A stretch of 64,000 bases of DNA from an uncultured delta proteobacterium (lineage in GTDB: Bacteria; Desulfobacterota; Zymogenia; Zymogenales; Zymogenaceae). The stretch spans positions 96,001 to 160,000 of the forward strand of contig CAWBYW010000016.1 in assembly GCA_963792965.1 (NCBI GenBank), given 5' to 3'. Positions 1 to 9,330 of this stretch are shown here, piece by piece. Position 1 is the first letter of the stretch. Every line of letters starts with the position of its first letter. Under the pieces are notes generated by a model, which saw nothing but the letters and a program-made list of their open reading frames with translations, ran no database searches and was not told where the DNA came from. The position numbers and the translations under genes are program-made.

Positions 1-1
1 C

Positions 2-142
2 AAGCTGGGAAAGGATAAGGTTGGAATCATCTACGATGAGAATTCGCTTCACTCAAAACCTCTTGCAAGACGTGATACCGTACGCATATCATACTATATC
101 AGAATTCCAGAAAGTATCAATCTGCATATTCCGAAGATCTGA
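2..142 (+). CDS. 3' end of a hypothetical protein running off the window edge
   Basis: Open frame from base 2 (KLGKDKVGIIYDENS...LHIPKI*) ending at TGA 140-142; no recognisable motif. Confidence 0.35.
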   Translation, partial: KLGKDKVGIIYDENSLHSKPLARRDTVRISYYIRIPESINLHIPKI

Positions 143-400
143 TCGGGCTCGATATCCTGTCGGTCTCAGAAAATTTCCAGGCGACGTAGTCCGGATGAGA
201 GTATTGACATCAGCATAGGCACCGCTCAAGAAGATTCGTGCATATCAGCCGGGGAGCGAGAGTGTTCGGGAAGGTATTTTCAGTGGAAGCTCGGACGCTT
301 TAAACCCCGGGGAACCAGGGGAACTCGGTTAAAGTTCTCGAGAGCCCTCCTTATGTTCACCCGCGGATTACGGAAAGGATACCGATCCGTTCTATTGACG

Positions 401-1039
401 CTATTTCAGTTGATAGGATATCCGATAGGTACACTGTTCATCGCCGAGGAGCCTACACTTATCCTCGACCACGGTTACGGACAGCTCCTTTTCGAAGCAC
501 TCTCCAATGCCCTGGAGGACGCCCCTGACGAAGTCACAGGAGGGCCTTGTGAAGTCCTTTGCCTTTCCCGTGTCCTTTGTCAGCTCGTTGCACTCCGTGC
601 AGTCGGGCCGATGGTTGACGATCTGTCGCGCCTCCGGCAGGTATTCGAGTGTCTTTTCCGGGTCATACCCCGCGTTCTTGACGTATGCCTGATACCCGAG
701 CTTGAGCTTTTCAACCGGGTCAAAGTTCATCGTAACGAGGCTCTGAAGAGGGACCGAGTGTTTCAGGATATTCTTCACTGCAAACGTCCCACCCCGGTAC
801 ATGACCACTCCATAGCCCCTGTTGCCCAACAGGTCCCTGACACCCAGAAACAGCTTCGTGATGTATTCATAGGGGACCCGAGCCTCGGGATCATAGTCCA
901 CCGGGTTCTGGATCAGCTCAGCCAATCCGGCAAACCTAAGGACGGAGTTCTTGCCGTTTTGTCCCAATACGTCCTCAATCGCATCCACGCAAGACCGGTA
1001 ACTCACATGGGTAAGAGAGCTTCCTTCGGTCATCAGCAT
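401..1039 (-). CDS. V4R (4-vinyl reductase) domain ligand-binding protein
   Basis: C-terminal pattern CTEC...SCDFVRGVLQG...VEDKCRLLGDEQCTY is typical of V4R; AAGGAG RBS just upstream. Confidence 0.85.
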   Translation of the reverse strand: MLMTEGSSLTHVSYRSCVDAIEDVLGQNGKNSVLRFAGLAELIQNPVDYDPEARVPYEYITKLFLGVRDLLGNRGYGVVMYRGGTFAVKNILKHSVPLQSLVTMNFDPVEKLKLGYQAYVKNAGYDPEKTLEYLPEARQIVNHRPDCTECNELTKDTGKAKDFTRPSCDFVRGVLQGIGECFEKELSVTVVEDKCRLLGDEQCTYRISYQLK

Positions 1040-1616
1040 ACTCCTTTCATTATGTCATAAAGGCGATCTTGTGCCCGGCCATTTCCCGCGAACCTTCTTG
1101 CGGACGCCTTCGAATGTTCGATGGACCGCGTCGCTCCGAACGGCAATAAGCCCGCCGGGGAACAGCGCCCTTGCCGGTTCCCGAATCGCCGCCGGGGTCG
1201 TCCGCCCGGGTCGCCTCGGCTCTGAACGTCACCCGCTTTTCCGGTCTTAGTGCAAAAATTTAATGATTGAAGTATCTTTATTATGTATTTTTAGCCAAAT
1301 GTCAAGAGACTTTTTCGTTGCGCTTGTCTTAAAAGGTGTATGCTGAAAGATGGATGCTGTCCGGACGCCCCGACGTAACGGAGTATAGGCCGTCTCCCTG
1401 TCGGAGGCCAACGGGGCTCTGATGTGACTGAGAGGGATGCCGTCCCGGCGGGGCGACGGCTCCGAACAGAAAAGGGTCACTCACCGATGAGGATCCGGCA
1501 CCTCCCGGCTCCTCTTTCGGTCCCCATCAAGGGCAATGCTCGCTATGGGTTGGGTGGTATGAGGAGACCTCACACCGGCAGGTCCATCGGGCGAGAGGTC
1601 CGGGCGCGACCTTAAG

Positions 1617-2009
1617 TTACGAGCCGAGCCCGGACTTGTCCCGCTCCTGGAAGACTTCCTTTGCCGCGGACATCCCGTTGAGGGCCGCCGGGAATCCGGC
1701 ATAGACGGCCATCTGGATGATGATCTCAACAACCTCCTGGCGCGTGCAGCCCACGTTGAGGGCGGCGTTTATGTGCACCTTCAGCTGTGGCGTGGCGTGG
1801 CCCAGCGCCGTGAGCGCCGCCACCGTGGCGATCTCCCTCGACTTCAGATCGAGCCCCGGGCGGCTGAAGACCTCCCCGAACGCGAACTCGATCACATATC
1901 GCCCGAGGTCCGGCGCGATGTCTTTCAGGCTCTCGATGACCCGATGGCCCGCCTCGCCGTCGATCTCGCCGAGCTTTTCAAGACCACGCTCATATCTGTC
2001 CTTGCTCAT
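1617..2009 (-). CDS. Carboxymuconolactone decarboxylase (CMD/AhpD-like) family protein
   Basis: [25 protein letters not shown]...[13 protein letters not shown]...[12 protein letters not shown]; start moved to MSKDRY (ATG 2009, GGAG RBS). Confidence 0.92.
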   Translation of the reverse strand: MSKDRYERGLEKLGEIDGEAGHRVIESLKDIAPDLGRYVIEFAFGEVFSRPGLDLKSREIATVAALTALGHATPQLKVHINAALNVGCTRQEVVEIIIQMAVYAGFPAALNGMSAAKEVFQERDKSGLGS

Positions 2010-2092
2010 CGTTCTCCTCCCTTTCTCCCTCACGGCAGGTATCGGGCATCGATGATGGAGGGAGAGCTGTTTCTTTGCGAATGGTCGGCCGG

Positions 2093-2612
2093 TCACTTCT
2101 TTTTCAGAGTGATCGTCACCTCGAAGGCCCCGGTGTTGTTGCCGTAATACCCCGGGTAGTCGTTGTAGCCGATAAAGAGACGGCCGTCCCGATCGGCCGC
2201 GTTCTCATACGGACGCGCCGATCGAAAAGGGCGTACCCGTATCGGTGATCCGGCCGACCAGCACCGCCAGCCTCCAACCCATGGCGCCGCCCGCGATCAC
2301 GTCGCCCGGCCCGCGATAGGGGGGACAGCCGGTCCTCCCGTCACAGGGGGGGTGATTCTTGCTCGGGACTGCCGTGACATGGAGGGTGTCGCCGTTCTTG
2401 ACGTCGATGCCCGTGTCCAGCCAGGTCATGTTGATCGGCAACACGACCAGGTAGTTGTTCCCACCGCCGCCCATGCCGATCCCGGCACTCCCCCGGATCT
2501 CGCCCTCCTTGGCGCCTGTGGTGTCCAACGGTTGCTGAGCTTGACCCACCGGCGAGAAAACGAAGAGAGCCGTCAGGACCGAGACGGCGACGGATAGAGA
2601 GAGTCTTTTCAT
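2093..2612 (-). CDS. Secreted LecA/PA-IL-like lectin domain protein (one frameshift near 2208)
   Basis: Signal peptide [25 protein letters not shown] and [12 protein letters not shown] motif. After a 1-nt shift the frame reads [30 protein letters not shown], matching the LecA C-terminus ([20 protein letters not shown]). Confidence 0.75.
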
Positions 2613-2967
2613 TTCGCACCGCTCCGATTTCTTGAATAAACGCTCATGCCCGTGCGGCCGCGGCACGGACGGTGAAAATAGAGGGCGTCGGGGGCCGCAC
2701 CGGCCCTGCCGGCACCCGACTGCCCGTACATGGGCGACCCGGGGGCATTAACACGTCGCCAGACGGGCGGACCGGGAGCTATTTTAGCATGATTTGTGGA
2801 GATGTAAAAGGATTCTCACGTCCCCGCAGGCCTGCGGTCGACGTTTCGTGGACGCGCCGCATGGCGCAGAGGAAAAGGGTCCCCGGTCGCTCGCGATAGC
2901 GGCAGTCGGCCGGGGTGTGGCTCTCGGGCGGCGCGGATAAGGGCCGCCGCTCGCGTCGCCGATGCCT

Positions 2968-3366
2968 CTACAGGACGGCGGTCAGCTTCTTTATCTCGGC
3001 GTACCGGGGAAGCAGGTCTTTGACGACCCGGTTCTTCTCGTCGACAAGGATGTGCTTGGGGACGTACTTCTTGGCCTCTTCGTCGTCAATCAGCGCAAAG
3101 GCGGCGATGATGACGAGGTCCCCCTTGTTGACGAGCCGGGCCGCGGCGCCGTTGATCCCAACGGTCCCGGAGCCCGCCTCCCCCTCGATGACGTAGGTCT
3201 GGAGCCGATTGCCGTTGGTGATGTCATAGATCCAGACCTCTTCGTAGGGGACGAGATCGGCCGCATCCATCAACTCCCGATCGATGGTGATGCTTCCCTC
3301 GTAGTTGATGTCGGCGCAGGTCACCGTGGCGCGGTGGATTTTCGATTTGCAAATTGATCTCAACAC
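2968..3366 (-). CDS. panD: Aspartate 1-decarboxylase
   Basis: [10 protein letters not shown]...YEGSITID (Gly-Ser self-cleavage site), [17 protein letters not shown]; adjacent to panC. Confidence 0.97.
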   Translation of the reverse strand: MLRSICKSKIHRATVTCADINYEGSITIDRELMDAADLVPYEEVWIYDITNGNRLQTYVIEGEAGSGTVGINGAAARLVNKGDLVIIAAFALIDDEEAKKYVPKHILVDEKNRVVKDLLPRYAEIKKLTAVL

Positions 3367-4223
3367 TTGTCAAACTCCTCCCCCAAAACGGTGTTGTCGA
3401 TGAGACGCGTAGTACCAATATAGACCGCGAGCGCCAGAAGCGCCTTGTCCCATACCACCCCGACGATATCGTTGGTCGTCTCGGGGTGGGCCAATTTCAC
3501 GTAATCGATGCGGGCCGCCTCCTCGTTCATGATCACGCCGACGGCCCGATCCATGAGCGCGCCCACGCGCCGCTCCCCGTTCTCGAAGAGCTCGCGGGTA
3601 GCCATGATCGCACGAACGAGGCAGAGGGCCGCTTTACGCTCCTTGGGATTGAGGTATTTATTCCTCGAGCTCATGGCAATGCCGTCGGGCTCCCGCACGA
3701 TCGGCATGCCGATAATCCCCACGTCCATGTTCATGTCCTTGACCATCCGCTCGATAACCTTGAGCTGCTGGAAGTCCTTTCTGCCGAAAAGGGCGATGTG
3801 AGGCAGCACGCAGTGAAAGAGCTTGGCGCAGACCGTGGCGACTCCCCTGAAGTGGCCGGGGCGGGAGGCGCCGCAGAGGTTCTTGGTCACCTCCTCGACG
3901 TTTACATAGGTCTGGTAGCCGTCGGGATACATCTCCTCCACCGTGGGGGCAAACACCACGTCCACCCCGACCCCCTCCATCATCGACTTGTCACGCTCAA
4001 AATCACGCGGGTACTTACTGAGGTCCTCATTCGGCCCGAACTGGGTGGGGTTGACGAAAACCGAGACAACCAGCACGTCCGCGCGTTTTCGCCCCTCCCG
4101 CATGAGCGACAGGTGCCCTTCGTGGAGATATCCCATGGTGGGCACGCACGCGATGACTTTCCCCTCCACCCTGAGGTCCTGTGAGTAGGCCTGCATGTCT
4201 TTGATCCGCTCGATGATCTCCAT
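3360..4223 (-). CDS. panC: Pantoate--beta-alanine ligase
   Basis: [52 protein letters not shown]. Confidence 0.98.
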   Translation of the reverse strand: MEIIERIKDMQAYSQDLRVEGKVIACVPTMGYLHEGHLSLMREGRKRADVLVVSVFVNPTQFGPNEDLSKYPRDFERDKSMMEGVGVDVVFAPTVEEMYPDGYQTYVNVEEVTKNLCGASRPGHFRGVATVCAKLFHCVLPHIALFGRKDFQQLKVIERMVKDMNMDVGIIGMPIVREPDGIAMSSRNKYLNPKERKAALCLVRAIMATRELFENGERRVGALMDRAVGVIMNEEAARIDYVKLAHPETTNDIVGVVWDKALLALAVYIGTTRLIDNTVLGEEFDKC

Positions 4224-4292
4224 TGCTATCTTTCCTCACATCGTCGTTATCGTTGTCGTCACCGGACCCCGCACCGATGGCCGGGCGTCGCC

Positions 4293-5105
4293 TCACTTGA
4301 CTTCGTAGGTATACTCCTTGGTGGGGAATCCGCCCCCCCTTACTTCGGATATATAAGTTTCAACGGCGGCCTTGGCCACCTCCTTGAGATTCGCGTATTC
4401 CTTGACGAATTTCGGCCGCCGGCCAAAGGTGAGGCCGAGGATATCGTGCATGACCAGCACCTGGCCGTCACACTCCGGGCCCGCGCCGATGCCGATGGTG
4501 GGGATCGAAAGCATCTTTGTGATCTCGGCGGCGAGGTCCGCGGGCATGGCCTCCAGCACGATGGCGTAGGCGCCCGCCTCCTCGACGGCCTTGGCGTCCT
4601 GGATCAGCTTCTTTCTGCCCTTATCGTCCTTTCCCTGTACCTTGAAGCCGCCCATGCGATGAACCGACTGGGGTGTGAGCCCGATGTGTCCCATGACGGG
4701 GATATCCATGTCGGTGATCGCCTTGATCCTTTCGCCGACGTTGACGCCGCCCTCGAGCTTCGCGGTCTCGGCCCCCCCTTCCTTCAGAAAGCGGCCGGCG
4801 TTTCTCACGGCCTCCTCGGTCGAGGCATGATAGCTCAAAAAGGGCATGTCCCCCACGACGAGCGCCCGGGGCTTGGCCCGCGCCACCGCCCGGGTGTGGT
4901 AGATCATCTCATCCATGGTGATAGGGAGCGTCGACTCGTAGCCCGCATAGACGTTGGCCGCGCTGTCCCCAACGAGGATCACGTCGATGCCGGCGTCCGA
5001 GAATATCCGCGCGAACGGGTAGTCATAGGCGGTGATCATGGTGATCTTTTCGCCCTCATCCTTCATCCTTTTCAGGTCGAGGATCGTCACTTTTTCCTGG
5101 CTCAT
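4293..5105 (-). CDS. panB: 3-methyl-2-oxobutanoate hydroxymethyltransferase
   Basis: TAYDY, LVGDS, DMPF, KLEGG, GHIGLTPQ, IGIGAG, GQVLV motifs. Confidence 0.98.
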   Translation of the reverse strand: MSQEKVTILDLKRMKDEGEKITMITAYDYPFARIFSDAGIDVILVGDSAANVYAGYESTLPITMDEMIYHTRAVARAKPRALVVGDMPFLSYHASTEEAVRNAGRFLKEGGAETAKLEGGVNVGERIKAITDMDIPVMGHIGLTPQSVHRMGGFKVQGKDDKGRKKLIQDAKAVEEAGAYAIVLEAMPADLAAEITKMLSIPTIGIGAGPECDGQVLVMHDILGLTFGRRPKFVKEYANLKEVAKAAVETYISEVRGGGFPTKEYTYEVK

Positions 5106-5200
5106 GTTTCGCCATCCTTTCGTGAAACAGGGACACTATTCCGCGGTCGAGGCAGCCGCCCGAAAGTCATTCCCGGAGGACGTGTAGTCCCCGCCGCTCC

Positions 5201-5242
5201 AAATAGAAAACCCCCGTGCCGACGTATCCGGGCACGGGGGTT
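5201..5242 (-). terminator. Intrinsic terminator in the panB leader (putative attenuator)
   Basis: Minus strand AACCCCCGTGCC-cggatacgtc-GGCACGGGGGTT followed by TTCTATTT; lies ~95 nt upstream of the panB start, between co-oriented genes. Confidence 0.85.
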
Positions 5243-5377
5243 GGTGAGGTCTTGGGCTGGACAAAGGGGCTCTGAGCTGGGGATCCTCCCGAGAGAAACA
5301 GGGGGGGAGTCGGAGGGACTTTCCCCGTTCACCGAAGGCACCTGTCCTTTTTGTCCTTTATCGCCCTTCCTTCTCTT

Positions 5378-5483
5378 CCGTCCCAGTCCCTTTCAGCCGG
5401 CGGCTTACGGCACAAAACGGGGGTTCCAGCCTACGCTGTCTCCCCCGCGTGCGGCCCACCTGCTATGGAGTGGATCCAAGCGG
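5378..5483 (-). ncRNA. pan RNA motif (cis-regulatory stem with two bulged As)
   Basis: Minus strand CCG-CUUGG-A-UCC ... GGA-CUGGG-A-CGG pairs with one bulged A on each arm; upstream of panBCD as described for the pan motif. The 5' arm overlaps the last codons of the kinase gene. Confidence 0.75.
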
Positions 5484-6107
5484 CACGAAGTATTGGGTTC
5501 CCGTCTTGAATTCTTTGATCTCTCTGACAAGCTGGGCAAAGTCGGTTTCGTTGGCCACGAAGTCGATATTCGTGGTGGAGATCACCAACAGCGGCGTCTC
5601 GTCATAGTGGAAGAAGAAGTCGCTGTAGGCCGCGGCGACCTTCGACAGGTAGCCGGCATCCAGGTTCTTCTCGTACGGCTTTGCCCTGCCCCTGATCCTC
5701 TTCTTGAGGGTCTCGGTATCCGCCGAGAGGTAGATGACCAGATCCGGCCTCACGACCCTCTGGCTCAGGATTCGATACAGCTCTTCATAGAGGAAGATTT
5801 CGTCCCGGTCGAGGTTGAGGTAGGCGAATATCCGATCTTTGGCGAAAAGGTAGTCGCCGATGGTCGTCGTCTGGAAAAGGTCGGCCTGGACGAGCGCAAG
5901 CTGCTGCTGGTACCGGGAAAGGAGAAAATAGAGCTGCGTCTTGAGCGCGTTCTTCTTCCGATCGCGATAGAATTCTTTCAAGAACGGGTTTTCTTCTACA
6001 TTCTCAAAGAGCGTCCTGGCCTGAAATTCTTCAGCCAGGCGGGAAGCCAGCGAGGTCTTCCCGACACCGATGGGGCCTTCCAGGACGATGTATCGTATCT
6101 TCTGCAT
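5463..6107 (-). CDS. Deoxynucleoside kinase family protein (Dgk-like)
   Basis: P-loop EGPIGVGKTS, ENPFLKEFY, QLYFLLSRY, DYLFAKD, PDLVIYL. Confidence 0.92.
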   Translation of the reverse strand: MQKIRYIVLEGPIGVGKTSLASRLAEEFQARTLFENVEENPFLKEFYRDRKKNALKTQLYFLLSRYQQQLALVQADLFQTTTIGDYLFAKDRIFAYLNLDRDEIFLYEELYRILSQRVVRPDLVIYLSADTETLKKRIRGRAKPYEKNLDAGYLSKVAAAYSDFFFHYDETPLLVISTTNIDFVANETDFAQLVREIKEFKTGTQYFVPLGSTP

Positions 6108-6418
6108 CAGTGCTCACAAACCATCCGCAGACCAAGCCCCACTACCTTATAGCACGCGGTGGATACGATGTCCAGCATTTTTTTGCGTCGGTCAGGGACT
6201 GCTCCCACCGCCCGGACTTCACGGCGGCCGACGGCCCTTTACCCATCCGCAGAGGAGCAGTCGCGGGACGAGGCACTCCCTGCCACGGAAAATAGCGGAA
6301 TATCCGGCGCTTTTTGCCTTACTGCACTCGTTTATCCTGTTGTAATGGTTGGACTTTCATGATAGATTTTAACCCTATTTGTTAGTCTACCCGCAACAAA
6401 TAATAGGCAGTCGCTGAC

Positions 6419-7531
6419 ATGAAAAGGTTTTTACTTCTTACCGTGCTTGTTTCTCTCATCGCCGGGACCAGCGTACTCGGTGCAGACAACGCCCAGGAGC
6501 TGTACAAAAAAGGCACCGACGCGCTGGGCAGGGGCGAATACATGAAGGCCGTCGAGTACCTTTCCGAGTCGATCGCCATAGAACCGCATGACGCCCGTGT
6601 CTATACAAAACGGGGATATGCCTATTACCGGGGCGGCAAGTTCGAAGAGTCTCTTTCCGATTTTTCCCGCGCGCTACAAATCGATCCGATGGACATCGAC
6701 GCCTACGTAGGTCGGGGCAACGTCTATGTCGTCTATCACGAGTTCGCCAAGGCCGATGCTGACTACACGAAGGCGATCACGCTTTCGCCGAAACTCGTCC
6801 GCGCTTATATGAGCAGGGGGCAGCTCTATGTCGTGTACGGACGATTCGACGACGCCGTTGCCGACTTCAGTTCGGCAATCGGGCTTGAGCCGGGCAACTT
6901 CCTTGCCTACGCCTATCGCGGCGGCGCCTACGCCTCTCTCGGACAGTACCGCAAGGCGCTGGCGGACTATAATAAATCGATCTCACTCAATCCCGGGGTA
7001 ATCGACACCTATTATAAGCGGGGACTCGTCTACGACAACCTCGAGCAATACGATCGGGCGATAGCCGACTTCACGGTCTACCTTTCAAAGAAGAATGACG
7101 CGAAGGCGCTGTATAATCGAGGGATGTCCTTTATGTTCCTCAAGCGCTATGTGGAGGCCCGAAAGGATTTCACAGACGCCATCGATCTCGACGGCAATTT
7201 CGGCATGGCCTACCTCAACCGGGCCTATGCCGCGATGAACCTTTCCGACTATCACGCGGCCGAGGACGATTTCGACAAGGCGATCAAGCTGTCGTCTAAT
7301 GACGTCCTGTCCTACATCGGCAGGGGGAATCTCTATCTGACGCAGAAGAAATACGATCCGGCCATTGCGGATTTTTCCGAGGCGATCCGTATCGCGCCTG
7401 AGCTTGCCGTCGCCTATTTCTACCGGGCGGGGGCGCTCAGGGGTATCGGGCGAGAAAAAGAGGCCGATTCCGATTTCCTCAGGGCCTGTCAGCTCGGGTA
7501 TGATGAGGCGTGCACCATGGTGAAGCGATGA
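6419..7531 (+). CDS. Exported tetratricopeptide repeat protein
   Basis: N-terminal signal peptide; ~10 TPR units (AY..RG..Y......A..D...AI.L.P); ends ACQLGYDEAC. Confidence 0.92.
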   Translation: MKRFLLLTVLVSLIAGTSVLGADNAQELYKKGTDALGRGEYMKAVEYLSESIAIEPHDARVYTKRGYAYYRGGKFEESLSDFSRALQIDPMDIDAYVGRGNVYVVYHEFAKADADYTKAITLSPKLVRAYMSRGQLYVVYGRFDDAVADFSSAIGLEPGNFLAYAYRGGAYASLGQYRKALADYNKSISLNPGVIDTYYKRGLVYDNLEQYDRAIADFTVYLSKKNDAKALYNRGMSFMFLKRYVEARKDFTDAIDLDGNFGMAYLNRAYAAMNLSDYHAAEDDFDKAIKLSSNDVLSYIGRGNLYLTQKKYDPAIADFSEAIRIAPELAVAYFYRAGALRGIGREKEADSDFLRACQLGYDEACTMVKR

Positions 7532-7662
7532 GTGCGCCGTCGCCTCGCGGCGGGAAAGACGACGGAACTATTTACACGGGCTCAGCGGCATTTTCGGAAG
7601 GACGGGGCGACAGGTTGGCGGCGTTTCTTGGGATGTCGGGTATGACGCGTTGAGGGGGTTCG

Positions 7663-7857
7663 CTATTTTTTGTGCTCTTTACCGGCACGGGCGTCCTGGG
7701 ACCAGGTGCGCTCCCAGAGCTTTCGGATTGCCTGGGCCTGTCTGACGCCGAATTCTCCGAGGCAGACGGGGATCACGATATCCGGCGGCTCGGGGAGGCC
7801 TCTCACTTTCCCCGATCGTTCCTCCTGCCTTTCCTTCTCTTTTCCGATTTTCCGCAT
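7663..7857 (-). CDS. Possible small hypothetical protein (64 aa)
   Basis: ATG 7857 with GAGG 9 nt upstream, just after the YihY gene; no motif recognised. Confidence 0.3.
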   Translation of the reverse strand: MRKIGKEKERQEERSGKVRGLPEPPDIVIPVCLGEFGVRQAQAIRKLWERTWSQDARAGKEHKK

Positions 7858-7886
7858 TTCGTAATACCTCGCGCGGATCCGTCGCC

Positions 7887-9260
7887 TTACGGCCGCCTCA
7901 CGCCGGGTCGCTCCTTCCGTATATATCCCTCCGAGTACCGGTCGCACAGCTCGGCAAACGTGACACGCCCGTAATTGTGCGTCATATCGGCAAGGATCCC
8001 CTCTATCGCCTCCTTCAGAAACGGGCGCTCCCCTTCGGAGATATTCTCCTCGGGGTTCTCCCCGTACTCCCTGAGGGCAAAGAGAAGGTCCACAAGACGG
8101 ATCTTACCGAGATCTCGTGCCGGAAGATACCTCCCCTCATCCTCGCCGACCGCCGTAATCAGGCCCTCGTCCCGGAGGATGAACATAACGTTGTTGATCA
8201 GGTGAACCGGGATATCCAAGAGCTCCGAGATCTCCATGACGGACAGCGCCTCCTTCCCCTCGTGGAAAGTGGCCGCGACGGCCATAAAGACCCTGACGGC
8301 GAGCCGCTCGGAAAACGAGAAGCTCACCTTCGAGGCCGCCGCGTCCAGTCGGAAACGTCGGTAGTTCTGATGGACGTAAGCGGTAACCGCGCCGAGGATC
8401 ACCATGAGCCAGCTCATAAAGAGCCAGACCATGAAGAAGGGGATGGAGGCAAACCCTGAATAGATAATGTTGTAGTTGGAGAGCCCCAGCTGGAATTTCG
8501 TGTAGAGATAGAGCATCAGCTGCCAGAGCGTCCCGCCCACCAGCGATCCGAAGAGCGCCGAGGCAAGCCTTACCCTCGTATTTGGAATCACCTTGTAGAT
8601 GAACGTGAAGAGGAGCCAGACGACAAGATACGGCAGCATCCGCATAAACATTCTGATGAAGCTTGTGAACCAGGCCAATTCCACAAGCTTCTTGAGGATG
8701 ACGTTGCTCTCCAGCACCGTTGTGATGCCGATCGAGCCGATGATGAGGACGGGGAAGAGAACCGTGATGGTTGTATAGTACGACATGCGGGAAAGGAGCG
8801 GGCGCCTGTCCCTGATCCCCCAGATATCGTTGATCGTCGTCTCCAGCGAGCCGAGGGTTACAAAGAAGGCCCAGAACGTGATCACCAGACCGATGAAGCC
8901 GAGGGTGGCAAAGTTGGTGTTTCCCATGGAGTTCAGGATAGACTCGGCCAGATCGCTTCTTCCGAGGGTCATGTTCATAAGTATATACTGTTTCACATCC
9001 CGGCTTACCTTGAAGGCGGTGAGGAGCGAAAAGACAAAAGCAAGCATCGGGATCAGCGAGATGAGGGTGGTGTAGGTCAGGGCGGAGGCCCGAACCAACA
9101 TCCCACGCTCCCGGAGGGTCTGGAAGATGAGGGAGATCGTTTTTGACTCACGGGCGATCAGTCGGCCGAAGGGGACCCCTTTGCCTCCCGCCCGACCGAC
9201 GATTTTGGCAAGCAGACTGCCGAAGATCCCACCGATCGGGTCGGACTCCTTTTTTTTCAT
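7887..9260 (-). CDS. YihY/BrkB family inner-membrane protein with C-terminal winged-helix extension
   Basis: ASALTYTTLISLIP, INDIWG, YKVIPNTRV, YNIIYSGFASIPFFMVWLFMSW...LGA; C-terminal YLPARD HTH-like domain. Confidence 0.92.
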   Translation of the reverse strand: MKKKESDPIGGIFGSLLAKIVGRAGGKGVPFGRLIARESKTISLIFQTLRERGMLVRASALTYTTLISLIPMLAFVFSLLTAFKVSRDVKQYILMNMTLGRSDLAESILNSMGNTNFATLGFIGLVITFWAFFVTLGSLETTINDIWGIRDRRPLLSRMSYYTTITVLFPVLIIGSIGITTVLESNVILKKLVELAWFTSFIRMFMRMLPYLVVWLLFTFIYKVIPNTRVRLASALFGSLVGGTLWQLMLYLYTKFQLGLSNYNIIYSGFASIPFFMVWLFMSWLMVILGAVTAYVHQNYRRFRLDAAASKVSFSFSERLAVRVFMAVAATFHEGKEALSVMEISELLDIPVHLINNVMFILRDEGLITAVGEDEGRYLPARDLGKIRLVDLLFALREYGENPEENISEGERPFLKEAIEGILADMTHNYGRVTFAELCDRYSEGYIRKERPGVRRP

Positions 9261-9330
9261 AGATTGGCCTTTACTTTATGGAGACGATTATATTATAGTT
9301 TTTTATATCATTTAGGCAAGGATAAAAAAG

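Noticed and set aside
1045-1305. Long GC-rich leader upstream of the V4R gene as a riboswitch
   Set aside because: A TTGACA is present at 1300-1305 (minus), but no well-spaced -10 box, known aptamer consensus or terminator was recognisable.
4446-6152. Long antisense ORF (568 aa) and similar shadows, e.g. 12483-13634, 26008-27189, 29582-30709, 55838-56941
   Set aside because: They lie opposite well-supported genes, have no motifs, and are expected in GC-rich DNA.
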